Shown: in pieces, positions 18,271-28,258 of the stretch
Layout: each line of letters opens with the position of its first letter
Position numbering within the stretch: the stretch's first letter is position 1
From: a virus
Lineage: Duplodnaviria > Caudoviricetes
DNA: 28,698 nt
Strand: one strand, 5' to 3'
IMG/VR virus record: IMGVR_UViG_3300020570_000028
Span: 1 to 28,698 of that record
Program-made: the position numbers and the translations under genes
The notes under the pieces: model-generated
The model's database searches: none
The model's input: only the letters and a program-made list of their open reading frames with translations
What the model was told of the DNA's origin: nothing

Positions 18271-20373
18271 ATGGCCACATATTATTGGGTTGGCGGCGCA
18301 GGGACATGGAACGGATCTAATACCGCGAACTGGTCTACGGGATCTGGTGGAGCTGGAGGCTCAGGCCCACCGACGACTGCGGACGATGTAATATTTGACA
18401 ATGCCTCTGATACAGCGGGTAACTTTACTGTCACCCTTTCTACAACAGCGGTATGTAAAGACTTTACGTGTACTGCTCCAGACGTTGTAATTACATTTAG
18501 CGGAACAAGAATAAGTTGCTATGGCAACTTTACAATGTCGGGAACTAATACAGCTACGACGACTTGCGATATCTCTTTTCTAGCGACTACGTCTGGAAAT
18601 ACCGTAACAACAAACGCTAAAGTTTTTAGAGCAATTACGGTAAACGGCGCGGGCGGCGAATGGACCCAGCAAGATGCATTTTCTTATGGAAGTGTGTTTA
18701 ATTTCACGCTTTCTGCTGGGACTTGGAAAACCGGAAATTTTAATATCACTGGCGGAGCTTTTCGTTCTACTGGCACTAGCACCCGATCTATTGAGCTAGG
18801 ATCTTCTACGGTAACTCTTGCAGATGGCGTATGGGAAGTAAGCGGTTCTGGTTTTACGATTGTCGCTGGAACTTCGACTATATCTTTAAGCGGTTTAAAT
18901 CCGAGTTTTCTTGGCAATTCAAATACTTACTATAACGTTACGCAAACAAACACAACAGTAGATATCGATTTTGAAATTACCGGCGCAAATACTTTTAACA
19001 ATTTTACCGCGTCAACCGTAACTTCTACCGGTATTAAATTTGTTACATTTTCTGCAAATCAAACTATAAACGGAACTTTATCTGTTACCGGCGCTACTGC
19101 AATTCGAAGAACTCATGTTAGGTCGGATGTAATTGGAACAACTCGAACTTTAACTTGCGCCGCAGTCGCTGCGACTACTGATACAGATTTCCGAGATATT
19201 ACTATTTCGGGAGCCGCCGCTCCTGTAAGCGGGACCCGACTTGGAGATGGCGGTGGTAACTCCGGGGTTACTTTTGTAGCCGGCGTTAATAAATATTGGA
19301 ATCTTTCTGGCAGCCAGAATATAACCGCTACCGGATGGGCTACAGGTAGCGGCGGAACTCCTAATGCAGATAATTTTCCTTTGCCGCAAGACATAATCAA
19401 TTTTGACAATGCTGGGGCGGCGGGGACTGTTGCTTGTAATTTTGATTTTATGTTTGGAACGTTTGATATGTCGACGCGTACAAACGCAATGACATTTAAT
19501 ATAACGAACTCCGATATGCAGGTTAAAGGCAATCTAACTCTCGGCACCGGGGTTACTTGGGCTGGAACGGGAGCAAATCTTCTTTTGTATACGTCCTCTG
19601 GAGCCGCATTAACGCTGGACTCTAATGGGCAGACAATGACTTGCGATGTTTTTATTGACGTTCCCGGGGGCTCCTTAACTCTTGCGGATATCCTTAACAC
19701 CGGAACAACAGGCCTTGAGATTGACGTTCGTGCAGGAACTTTTGATTCGGCTGGATTTGCAATAACCACCAATGACTTTATTTCAACCACCACTACAACT
19801 AGGACGATAACTCTTGGATCAAGCACTTTAACCGTATCAGGAACCGGCAATATTATAGATATAGACGCGACTAATTTAACACTGAGCGCGGCATCATCTA
19901 CGGTCGTTTCCTCTAATACAACAAACACTGCAAGAACGTTTAATGGCGCAGGACAGACGTGGGGCAATCTCGTTATTGGAGGAGCCGCAAGCACAGCAGG
20001 ATTTACAATTCAAGGTGCAAATACTTTTAATACAATTTCAAGCACTAGAACCGCTGCTTATACGATTACATTCCCCAACGCCACAACAACAGTCTCAGAT
20101 TTTACCGTCTCTGGATCGGCTGGAAATTTAGTTACGCTTCGACGCACCGGCGCCACTGGAACATTTACTGTTACAAAATCGGGCGGCGGAATTATCAATG
20201 GAGGGGCTGGGGTTGATTACCTTTCAATCTCAAATAGCGCCGCCACGCCTTCATCAACTTGGTATGCCGGTGCAAATTCGACAGACGGCGGCGGCAATAC
20301 AGGGTGGATTTTTACGGCTCCGCCCCCGCCAGCCACAGCAACCGGAAACTTTTTCCAGTTATTTTTCCCCTGA
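18271..20373 (+). CDS. Thr/Gly/Ser/Asn-rich beta-solenoid adhesin/tail-fibre-like protein, 700 aa
   Basis: GAGG RBS; two homologous halves each starting YW...W(S/A)TGSGG...P...D...FDNA; visibly AT-richer codons than neighbours. Confidence 0.75.
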   Translation: MATYYWVGGAGTWNGSNTANWSTGSGGAGGSGPPTTADDVIFDNASDTAGNFTVTLSTTAVCKDFTCTAPDVVITFSGTRISCYGNFTMSGTNTATTTCDISFLATTSGNTVTTNAKVFRAITVNGAGGEWTQQDAFSYGSVFNFTLSAGTWKTGNFNITGGAFRSTGTSTRSIELGSSTVTLADGVWEVSGSGFTIVAGTSTISLSGLNPSFLGNSNTYYNVTQTNTTVDIDFEITGANTFNNFTASTVTSTGIKFVTFSANQTINGTLSVTGATAIRRTHVRSDVIGTTRTLTCAAVAATTDTDFRDITISGAAAPVSGTRLGDGGGNSGVTFVAGVNKYWNLSGSQNITATGWATGSGGTPNADNFPLPQDIINFDNAGAAGTVACNFDFMFGTFDMSTRTNAMTFNITNSDMQVKGNLTLGTGVTWAGTGANLLLYTSSGAALTLDSNGQTMTCDVFIDVPGGSLTLADILNTGTTGLEIDVRAGTFDSAGFAITTNDFISTTTTTRTITLGSSTLTVSGTGNIIDIDATNLTLSAASSTVVSSNTTNTARTFNGAGQTWGNLVIGGAASTAGFTIQGANTFNTISSTRTAAYTITFPNATTTVSDFTVSGSAGNLVTLRRTGATGTFTVTKSGGGIINGGAGVDYLSISNSAATPSSTWYAGANSTDGGGNTGWIFTAPPPPATATGNFFQLFFP

Positions 20374-20383
20374 GGACGGCGCA

Positions 20384-20602
20384 ATGATGGTAGATGTGCA
20401 AGAGGTAAATGCCAAAGTGGACAGTCACATTGATGTTTGCGCCGTACGATACGAGGCCATGTCTACGCAATTCGACATCCAGATTACGGGTGTCAATGCT
20501 CGGCTCAAGAAGATCGAGAGATCGATTGTTTGGGCCGTTATCACGATCTTGGGTTCTCTTGGTACTATCATCACGTTATTGATCAATTACATCATGAGAT
20601 AG
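20384..20602 (+). CDS. Small coiled-coil plus C-terminal transmembrane protein (XhlA/holin-like), 72 aa
   Basis: GAGG RBS at 20372-20375; H..VCA.RY...RLKKIE followed by hydrophobic IVWAVITILGSLGTIITLLI. Confidence 0.7.
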   Translation: MMVDVQEVNAKVDSHIDVCAVRYEAMSTQFDIQITGVNARLKKIERSIVWAVITILGSLGTIITLLINYIMR

Positions 20603-20604
20603 GT

Positions 20605-22788
20605 ATGCCTGTTAGCAGTACGAATGGTAAGCAAGAAATTCAGAGAATCGTTTCCACAGTCAAACACGAAAAGATGCTCGATATCGGGTGCGGAGTTGGC
20701 ACATATGCCAAGCTGTTCCCTGATGCTGAATGGACCGGCGTAGAGGTATGGGAGCCTTACGTCGAGAAGTACAATCTCAACGAGCTGTATCAAACTTTGA
20801 TCGTAGGGGATGCCAGAGAGTGGCAGCCCTTTGATCGTTACGATGTCGCCTTTGCCGGTGACGTCCTCGAGCACATGACGTATGACGAAGCGAAGGATCT
20901 CATTCGCAAGCTGAAGGACTGCGCCGACGTTGTCATCGCCAGCATTCCTATCGGCCATTGGCCTCAGGGCGAGCACGAAGGCAACCCCTACGAGCGCCAC
21001 GTCAAAGACAATTGGACTGACGAAGAAGCCCGTTCACTTTTTGGCAGTCCCGTTCTAGGGGATGTCTACGGCGGAATCGGTGTTTATGCTTGGTCAAAAA
21101 GCGGCCAATTCTTTCAGGCCATTCCGCGCAAAATCCACATTGTTTGGATAGGCGATGAACTTAAACGCCCCGATGACTTAATCAAAACGTGGGCTGAAAA
21201 AAACCCGGGATGGCAAGTCCACGTCTGGGGCAATGAGGAATTGCATGCAACGGACTGGATAAATAGCGTCCACATCAAGACGTATCTCGAGCAGAAAAAG
21301 TACAACGGCGTCGCCGATATGATGCGGTACGAGATCCTGCACGCCCATGGCGGCTTTGCAGTGGATGCGGACAGCGAGTGCGTGAAGCCTCTCGAAGACT
21401 GGCTTTTCTGCGGTTCAGCCTGCGCCCCTTGGGAGAATGAAACAGCCAGACCCGGCATGATTGCCGTGGGGTATATGGCCTCGGCACCCGGCCACCCGTT
21501 TTTCAAGGCGGTCATCGATGCCATCAAGGATGATCCAACAGTCCCTGATGGACCGGCTTGGATTAAAACTGGACCTGTCATTTTCACAGAAGTTCACAAA
21601 AAGCATCCACAAGATTTCCACATCTGGCCCTCGTCTTACTTTATCCCCGAGCATTACACCGGCGTGAAGTACGAAGGCTCTGGGCCTATCTTTGCCCAAC
21701 AAAAGTGGATGACGACGCTCAACACGTACCGCGAGAACATCAAGGTCGCGGTCTATGCCATTGCCAAAAACGAAGAGAAGCACGTCGAGCGGTTCATCAA
21801 ATCAGCACAAGGCGCCGACTACATCATCATCGCGGACACCGGCAGCACCGATAGGACGGTCGAGATTGCGAAGGCCTGCGGGGCGACGGTCTACTCCATC
21901 AGCATTGATCCATGGCGGTTTGACCATGCCAGAAATGCGGCTCTTGCCTTGGTCCCAAAAGATGCCAAGGTCTGTATCCCCCTTGATTTGGACGAGGTGC
22001 TTGAGCCGGGCTGGCGAAAAGTAGTTGAGGAAATGTGGACGCCCGGTACGGGCAGGCTTAGGTATAAGCAAGACTGGAGCGGCGACCATATCTTCTATGG
22101 CGAGAAGATCCATGCTCGCAACAACTACGACTGGCGGTACCCGATTCACGAGTACATCATCCCCATCACGCCTGAGAAAATCGTTCGTTATGACGGCGTT
22201 TTAATTCGCCATGAGCCCGATATCAACAAGTCCCGGGGGCAGTATTTGCCTCTTTTGGAACAGGCGGTAAAAGAAAATCCGGCTTGCCACCGAATGGCGT
22301 ACTACCACGCTCGAGAGCTGTTCTACTATGAGAAGTGGCAGGCCTGTATCGATGAAGCACAGAGGTATCTGGCTTTGCCAACTGCTTACTGGGACCACGA
22401 GCGAACGCACATGATGCGGATTTTGGGCAAGGCAAACAAAGCTCTTGATCGAGGTTTCGAGTCCCAGAGGTGGTTCCGTAGAGCTTGCGCCGAGATGCCC
22501 ACAATTCGTGAGCCGTGGTGCGATTTGGCCCAAGCCTGTTACGAATGGGGTCTTTGGATCGAGTGCTATCATGCCTCGATGCATGCTTTGAACATTATGG
22601 ATCGAGCGTATTTGCATACTTCGGACCCCGCCTGCTGGGGTGCTAAACCCCATGATTTGGCGAGCATCGCTGCGTGGAATTTGGGTTTTAAAGAAATTTC
22701 TAGAACCCAAGCCCGGCTGGCGCTTGAAAAGCAGCCAAGTGATGAAAGGCTGCAGAATAACTTGAGAATCGTGCAGGAAGCCTGCTAG
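20605..22788 (+). CDS. Fusion protein: SAM methyltransferase + GT32-like (DxD) glycosyltransferase + GT2 glycosyltransferase + TPR-like helices, 727 aa
   Basis: MLDIGCGVG and GDVLEH (class I MTase); IPRKIHIVWIG...ADMMRYEIL..HGGFAVDADSEC (GT32/OCH1-like); AIAKNEE...ADTGSTDRT...FDHARNAAL...LDLDE...IHE (GT2); C-terminal Y/A-rich helical repeats. Start set at ATG 20605, just after the previous stop. Confidence 0.88.
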   Translation: MPVSSTNGKQEIQRIVSTVKHEKMLDIGCGVGTYAKLFPDAEWTGVEVWEPYVEKYNLNELYQTLIVGDAREWQPFDRYDVAFAGDVLEHMTYDEAKDLIRKLKDCADVVIASIPIGHWPQGEHEGNPYERHVKDNWTDEEARSLFGSPVLGDVYGGIGVYAWSKSGQFFQAIPRKIHIVWIGDELKRPDDLIKTWAEKNPGWQVHVWGNEELHATDWINSVHIKTYLEQKKYNGVADMMRYEILHAHGGFAVDADSECVKPLEDWLFCGSACAPWENETARPGMIAVGYMASAPGHPFFKAVIDAIKDDPTVPDGPAWIKTGPVIFTEVHKKHPQDFHIWPSSYFIPEHYTGVKYEGSGPIFAQQKWMTTLNTYRENIKVAVYAIAKNEEKHVERFIKSAQGADYIIIADTGSTDRTVEIAKACGATVYSISIDPWRFDHARNAALALVPKDAKVCIPLDLDEVLEPGWRKVVEEMWTPGTGRLRYKQDWSGDHIFYGEKIHARNNYDWRYPIHEYIIPITPEKIVRYDGVLIRHEPDINKSRGQYLPLLEQAVKENPACHRMAYYHARELFYYEKWQACIDEAQRYLALPTAYWDHERTHMMRILGKANKALDRGFESQRWFRRACAEMPTIREPWCDLAQACYEWGLWIECYHASMHALNIMDRAYLHTSDPACWGAKPHDLASIAAWNLGFKEISRTQARLALEKQPSDERLQNNLRIVQEAC

Positions 22789-22835
22789 TTAGTTATCATC
22801 CCCCCAAACATCTGCGTAGAGGGCGGTAATACCCC

Positions 22836-23615
22836 ATGGCTGTCGCGACTACACCGCTGACTTATAACTCGTACGTGACGCAAATTGCGACCTTGGCCGT
22901 GGTCGACACCCAGACGGTTGGGGGCATTGTGGAGGGCGTAGATCAGGCATTTAATGACCTGATTCCACAGATGTTGAACTATGCCGAGCTGCGGATTCAG
23001 CGCGACCTTGACCTTCTGAACCTGAAGACGTCTCTGCCCATTACCTTCACTACCGGCGTCAACCTCCTGCAGATCAATACGGATGACTTTGTCACTCTGC
23101 AAACGGTCAACCTTTCTAGCGGCGGGGTCGGTTATACGCTCCTACCGACGACCGTAGAGTGGCTGCAGAACGTTTATAGCAGCACGGCAACGGCTGCCCG
23201 TGGCCGCCCACAATACTTTGCTATGTACGGCGGAGACAGAAATACCGGCGGCAACACGTCGATCAATATTCTCTTCGGCCCTTACAGCGATGCCAGCTAT
23301 TCGGGCACCGCGACGGGCACGATTCGCATGCCCTCTCTGGCCAAGAACTCCGCAACACCTGTTCTGGCCGCTACGGCTTCGACCTTTATCAGCTCTTATT
23401 TGCCTGACCTTTTGATCATGGCAAGCATGATTTACATCAGCGCCTTCCAGAGAAACTTTGGCCGTCAGTCTGATGACCCGGCTATGGCGCAGAGCTACGA
23501 GAGTCAATATCAGGCCTTGTTACGCGGGGCTGTTGTTGAGGAATTCAGAAAGAAATTTGAGTCTGGAGCTTGGACGTCTTATAGCCCCACGCCAACTGCA
23601 AATCCCCCGAGATAA
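22836..23615 (+). CDS. Tail adaptor / tubular protein A-like, 259 aa
   Basis: LTYNSY...IPQM...AELRIQRDL, GRPQYFA, PDLLIMASM and YESQYQ motifs of podovirus-type adaptors; precedes the nozzle-like gene. Confidence 0.65.
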   Translation: MAVATTPLTYNSYVTQIATLAVVDTQTVGGIVEGVDQAFNDLIPQMLNYAELRIQRDLDLLNLKTSLPITFTTGVNLLQINTDDFVTLQTVNLSSGGVGYTLLPTTVEWLQNVYSSTATAARGRPQYFAMYGGDRNTGGNTSINILFGPYSDASYSGTATGTIRMPSLAKNSATPVLAATASTFISSYLPDLLIMASMIYISAFQRNFGRQSDDPAMAQSYESQYQALLRGAVVEEFRKKFESGAWTSYSPTPTANPPR

Positions 23616-23618
23616 TTC

Positions 23619-25937
23619 ATGCCTCACGCATCAGTTAAATTAAAACCCGGCGTAGACCAGAACCAAACGCCGGCTTTGAACGAGGCCGGAATATCGGAAT
23701 CCCAGTTCATTCGATTTATTTATGACCGTACAGGACTTGGTCTTGTTCAAAAACTAGGTGGATGGGTCAAGTTTTACCCCAATTACATGCCCTCTATCAC
23801 AAGGGCTCTTTGGGCTTGGCAAGATACTGAGGCAAACAAGTACCTTGGCGTTGGTAATCAGAATGAGACCAACACGTACGAAGCAAGTCTTTATGCCATT
23901 CGAGACAATGGCCAAAAAGACATCACGCCAACTCGAAACGAAGACAATATTACGCCGGTTGTTGACACGACTGCTGGAAGCTCGATTGTTACCATTACCG
24001 ATTCCACGCTTCAAAATCAAACAATCTACAACTCGGTCTATGTCGCCACGCCTATCAACATTGGCGGCTTGATCATTTATGGTCTTTATCAGTGTAACCC
24101 TGACAACTTCTTGTCTGCCACGGCCTATCACATCCAAGCTCGAGATGCCTTGGGCTCGCCAGTAGCAGCATTAACGACTGACAATACGCCCGTATTGCCA
24201 ATTTTTGATACAACTTCTGGCGATGAGCAAATTCAAGTTACTTTTCCAGATCATGGCCAAACGGCAGGTAGCACATTCTCTATTGTCACGCCGACGCTTG
24301 TCGGCGGAATTTTAATCTTTGGCAATTACGTTGTTATTGAAGTTGTCAGTTCAAGCGTATTTGTCATTGTTGGAGATGTTGAGGCATCTGCAACCGCTAC
24401 AGCTACGCTTAACGGTGGTCGGGCTCGGTACATCTACAGCTATGGGCTAGGCGCTATTCCAGCCGGCACAGGCTACGGTATTGGCGCATACGGCTCAGGT
24501 GGTTATGGCGTCGGAACAGCCATTATCCCGGCAACCGGAGACCCGTTAAATGCCGAGGATTGGACACTTGATAACTGGGGCGAGCAGCTCATATCAAATC
24601 CAATTGAAGAGCAAATCAATCTGACTGTTACAGGAGTAACAGGATCAGGCTCTGCCGCCACGTTTACTTTCTCTCAGAATTACACGCCCGTTGTCGGCGA
24701 GTATGTGGTGATCACAAATGTGGTTCCATCTACTTATAACGGATCGTACTACGTAACTGCTTCATCCTCTGGCAGCCTCACTGTCGCATCAGCCATAACC
24801 ACGGCCTATGTCAGTGGTGGTGATATCTATGTTTTCAAAACGCCATTTCAGCCTATCTTCAAATGGGACCCGCTGATTGGCCAACCGTTTTCAACCATTC
24901 TTTCGAGTGGCCCGACCTATAGTGATGGCTCGTTTGTTGCCATGCCGCAAAGGCAAATCGTGTCTTGGGGCTCAACTTTTACAGGCGTACCAGACCCGCT
25001 TCTTTTGCGCTGGAGCGATGTCAATAACTACAACACTTGGATTGGTACCGTCACCAATCAAGCCGGTTCGTTCCGGCTTGCCAAGGGGTCAAGGATCGTA
25101 GGTTGCTTGCAGGCAGCTCAACAAGCTCTGATCTGGACTGATATCAACCTGTACTCCATGCAGTACATTGGGCCGCCATTCGTTTATTCATTTAACGAGG
25201 TGGGCGCCAATTGCGGACTGATTGCAAAGAAGGCTGCCGGCGCTCTTAACGGCGTCTTCTATTGGATGGGTCCTACGCAATTTTTTATGCTCGCAGGAAG
25301 TGGCGTGCAAATGGTTTCATGTCCTGTTTGGGACGTTATCTTCCAAGATCTTGATACAAACAACCTTGATAAGATTCGGTGCGCTGTCAACACTCGCTTT
25401 GCTGAGGTGACTTGGTATTACCCGACAAAAAGTAATGGCGGAGAAATTAACGCATACGTCAAGTACAACACAGCTTTGCAGGTATGGGATTACGGTTTAT
25501 TGTCCCGAACGGCATGGATCGATCAGTCTGTCTTTGGTTCGCCGATTGGAGCTGATGGGAACAACACCTACATCTATCAGCACGAAGTTGGCTACAACAA
25601 TGACACGTCTCCCATGGTCTCGAGCTTCACGACGGGTTACTTTGTCATGAATGAAGCAGACCTGAAGATGTTCATCGACCAGATCTGGCCAGACATGAAG
25701 TGGGGTGAATTCAACGGTCCTCAGAACGCCACGATCAATCTGACGTTTAACGTTCTGGACTATGCCGGCGCGACGCCAAAAACTTACGGCCCATTCCCCA
25801 TGACTCAGTCTGTCGAGTACATCACGCCTCGATTCAGGGGTCGATTGGTGTCGATTACGCTCGAGAGCAATGATGCTGATAGTTTCTGGCGTATCGGTAA
25901 CATTCGATATCGATTCCAGCAGGACGGTAAATTCTGA
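23619..25937 (+). CDS. Tail nozzle / P22 gp10-like (tubular B-like) protein, 772 aa
   Basis: KPGVD...QKLGGW start; WTLDNWGE, DPLLLRWSD, NQAGSFRL..GSRI, IWTD...MQYIGPPFVY, GANCGLI, YWMG, EVTWYYP, RTAW, RFRGR, WRIG and terminal DG are beta-propeller nozzle motifs. Confidence 0.75.
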   Translation: MPHASVKLKPGVDQNQTPALNEAGISESQFIRFIYDRTGLGLVQKLGGWVKFYPNYMPSITRALWAWQDTEANKYLGVGNQNETNTYEASLYAIRDNGQKDITPTRNEDNITPVVDTTAGSSIVTITDSTLQNQTIYNSVYVATPINIGGLIIYGLYQCNPDNFLSATAYHIQARDALGSPVAALTTDNTPVLPIFDTTSGDEQIQVTFPDHGQTAGSTFSIVTPTLVGGILIFGNYVVIEVVSSSVFVIVGDVEASATATATLNGGRARYIYSYGLGAIPAGTGYGIGAYGSGGYGVGTAIIPATGDPLNAEDWTLDNWGEQLISNPIEEQINLTVTGVTGSGSAATFTFSQNYTPVVGEYVVITNVVPSTYNGSYYVTASSSGSLTVASAITTAYVSGGDIYVFKTPFQPIFKWDPLIGQPFSTILSSGPTYSDGSFVAMPQRQIVSWGSTFTGVPDPLLLRWSDVNNYNTWIGTVTNQAGSFRLAKGSRIVGCLQAAQQALIWTDINLYSMQYIGPPFVYSFNEVGANCGLIAKKAAGALNGVFYWMGPTQFFMLAGSGVQMVSCPVWDVIFQDLDTNNLDKIRCAVNTRFAEVTWYYPTKSNGGEINAYVKYNTALQVWDYGLLSRTAWIDQSVFGSPIGADGNNTYIYQHEVGYNNDTSPMVSSFTTGYFVMNEADLKMFIDQIWPDMKWGEFNGPQNATINLTFNVLDYAGATPKTYGPFPMTQSVEYITPRFRGRLVSITLESNDADSFWRIGNIRYRFQQDGKF

Positions 25938-26353
25938 TGAGTACTTCACTGTCAGATGTTTTGACCGCTCAGAAAAACGGCGTTGTTGGCATCAACAGCA
26001 TCGCGACGTCGATGAACATTCTGGCTTCTTTGGCCTCTCCCACGAAGATGGGACAGGCAGCTATGACGGCGTCTTATGCAACCATCTACACGGTGCCAAA
26101 TACGTCAACAGCCATTCTTCGCGATATTGAGATCTGCAATACCACGGCATCGCCCATAGGCATCTACGTATCGGTGGTGCCGGTTAATGGCACTGCAGCC
26201 GCGTCAAATGCAATCTTTTTTAATGCCAACTTGCCGGGCTATAGCACCATGCAATGGACTGGCGCGATCACAATGTCATTTGGAACCACTGTTCAGGTTA
26301 AGGGATCGACTACGGGCTGCACGGTCACGGCCTCTGGAGGCTTGATCGCATGA
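25937..26353 (+). CDS. Putative tail-associated structural protein, 138 aa
   Basis: TGATG overlap with the nozzle stop; TIYTVP...ILRDIEICN jelly-roll-like pattern. Confidence 0.7.
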   Translation: MSTSLSDVLTAQKNGVVGINSIATSMNILASLASPTKMGQAAMTASYATIYTVPNTSTAILRDIEICNTTASPIGIYVSVVPVNGTAAASNAIFFNANLPGYSTMQWTGAITMSFGTTVQVKGSTTGCTVTASGGLIA

Positions 26354-27597
26354 GTACGATTTCTATGTTCCCGCCTGTTGGATCATCTACTTCCACTGCT
26401 CAGTACACGCAGTTTGGCGGCCCTACGGTTGATGCTTTTGGAAGGCTTAGAGTAAGCCAGCCTTACACTATTTTTGATAGCAAAAATAGGTTTGCAAAAG
26501 ACGCTCAATTTTCAGAATCTCTTGCGGGCAGCGCCTCGATTACATACACGGCGGCACAAGCAGCCGTTAATTTGAACGTAACGACAGCTTCCGGCGATTC
26601 TGCCGTTCGTCAAAGTTTCCGCGTCATGCCATATCAGCCCGGTAAAGGTCTTTTAATTTTAGCTACCTTTGTCATGGCAACGGCAACAACAAACTTGCGC
26701 CAGCGCGTAGGTTATTTCAATGCAGACAATGGCATTTTCTTTCAATTAAATGGAACGACAAAATCATTTGTTGTTAGATCTTCTGTTAGCGGCTCGCCGG
26801 TTGATACCAACGCGGCCACACAAGCGAACTGGAATGGCGATAAGTTGGATGGCACGGGGGCAAGCGGACTTACTCTTGATCTTACCAAGTCGCAAATATT
26901 CTGGACTGACATTGAATGGCTTGGTGTGGGCAACGTCCGATGCGGTTTCATTATTAATGGCCAGTACATTATTTGCCATACATTTCAGAATGCGAACGTA
27001 AACAACACGGTTTACATGACAACTGCCGTTTTGCCTGTTCGATATGAAATCACAACAACAGGGACTATTGGCGGCGCTGCAACACTAAAACAAATTTGCT
27101 CCAGTGTTGTTTCTGAAGGTGGATATGAGCAAATTTCTCAACCTCAGGTAGCAAGAAGGTCAACATCTTTAACCGGCCTTGGCACAACATTCGTGCCTTT
27201 AATTTCAATTCGCCTTGCCTCGACGGGATACGGTGCCGTTGTTCTTCCTAGAACTCTTAACATTTTCCCAGACTCTGCGGATAATTTTGAATTTGTTCTT
27301 GTTAAAAACCCAACTTTGACAGGCACTCCTTCTTGGAATGCGGTTCCTTCTGACGCAACGGTTGAATTTGATGTAGCCGCTACCGGGTATACGGGCGGTG
27401 ATATATGCGAGCAAGGCTATGTTGCGGCCAGCAATCAAGGCTCAGCCCCTATCTCTGAAATACTGGCTTACAACTGGGATTTGCAGTTGGGCGTTTCATT
27501 GGCACCTGCCAGTGATATCTATACTCTTGGCATTAGAACCCTTAGTGGGACCGGTGACGCCATTGGCGCAATCACTTATTGGAACTTGACGGTGTAA
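26350..27597 (+). CDS. Putative virion protein with lectin/ConA-like beta domain, 415 aa
   Basis: ATGA overlap; [43 protein letters not shown] and [12 protein letters not shown] form a pattern I recognise from phage structural regions. Confidence 0.7.
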   Translation: MSTISMFPPVGSSTSTAQYTQFGGPTVDAFGRLRVSQPYTIFDSKNRFAKDAQFSESLAGSASITYTAAQAAVNLNVTTASGDSAVRQSFRVMPYQPGKGLLILATFVMATATTNLRQRVGYFNADNGIFFQLNGTTKSFVVRSSVSGSPVDTNAATQANWNGDKLDGTGASGLTLDLTKSQIFWTDIEWLGVGNVRCGFIINGQYIICHTFQNANVNNTVYMTTAVLPVRYEITTTGTIGGAATLKQICSSVVSEGGYEQISQPQVARRSTSLTGLGTTFVPLISIRLASTGYGAVVLPRTLNIFPDSADNFEFVLVKNPTLTGTPSWNAVPSDATVEFDVAATGYTGGDICEQGYVAASNQGSAPISEILAYNWDLQLGVSLAPASDIYTLGIRTLSGTGDAIGAITYWNLTV

Positions 27598-27599
27598 TC

Positions 27600-28256
27600 A
27601 TGCCCCTTAAAAAAGGAAGCTCACAAAAAACCATCAGCTCCAACATCAGTGAAATGATGCATGCTGGCCACCCGCAGAAGCAGGCCATCGCTGCCGCTTT
27701 AAATACGGCACGTAAAGCGAAAGCTTTGGGCGGTTATGAAGTCGAGACGACGACATCCGGCGGTCTGTATCAGCCTGCAAAGAAGATGAAAGAGCCGCCT
27801 TCGCCTAAGGTCAAGGCGCCTGTGACCAAGCTGCACACTGGCCCGATCCATAGTCATGTTGCCGGTCGGACAGATCATCTCCCCATGCATGTTCCGAGTG
27901 GCTCCTATGTAATTCCCGCCGACATTGTCAGCGCCATGGGCGAAGGCAACACGATGGCCGGATTCAAGCAGATGAAAATCATCTTCGGGGGCACGCCGTA
28001 CTCTGGCCCGACGAGCGTTAAGATGGGTGGCGGCCCTTATGGCTCCAATCTGCCCGGTAAGGCTAATGGCGGTGAGTCAGAATCGGTCCCCATCGTTGCG
28101 GCTGGCGGCGAATATGTTGTATCACCCGAGCAAGTTCGCATGGTTGGCGAGGGCGATCTCGAACTTGGCCATCGCGTGCTAGATGAATTTGTGAAGAGCT
28201 ATCGAAAGAAAACTATTAAGACACTTCAGAAACTACCCGGACCTAAAAAGGATTGA
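27600..28256 (+). CDS. Protein with MPLKKG-type basic N-terminus and a duplicated G(S/E)YV domain, 218 aa
   Basis: ATG at 27600 just after the previous stop; [18 protein letters not shown]...KQAIAAAL, then two related repeats. Confidence 0.75.
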   Translation: MPLKKGSSQKTISSNISEMMHAGHPQKQAIAAALNTARKAKALGGYEVETTTSGGLYQPAKKMKEPPSPKVKAPVTKLHTGPIHSHVAGRTDHLPMHVPSGSYVIPADIVSAMGEGNTMAGFKQMKIIFGGTPYSGPTSVKMGGGPYGSNLPGKANGGESESVPIVAAGGEYVVSPEQVRMVGEGDLELGHRVLDEFVKSYRKKTIKTLQKLPGPKKD

Positions 28257-28258
28257 AT

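Noticed and set aside
19113-19994. 293-aa antisense ORF
   Set aside because: V/P-rich mirror of Thr/Gly codons in the adhesin gene.
20198-20604. ORF-track N-terminal extensions (starts 20198 and 20437)
   Set aside because: They overlap upstream genes extensively; starts at 20384 and 20605 fit the RBS and tight gene packing.
22789-22835. Possible hairpin or promoter between the glycosyltransferase and adaptor genes
   Set aside because: Only weak C-run/G-run pairing, no U-tract and no convincing -35/-10.
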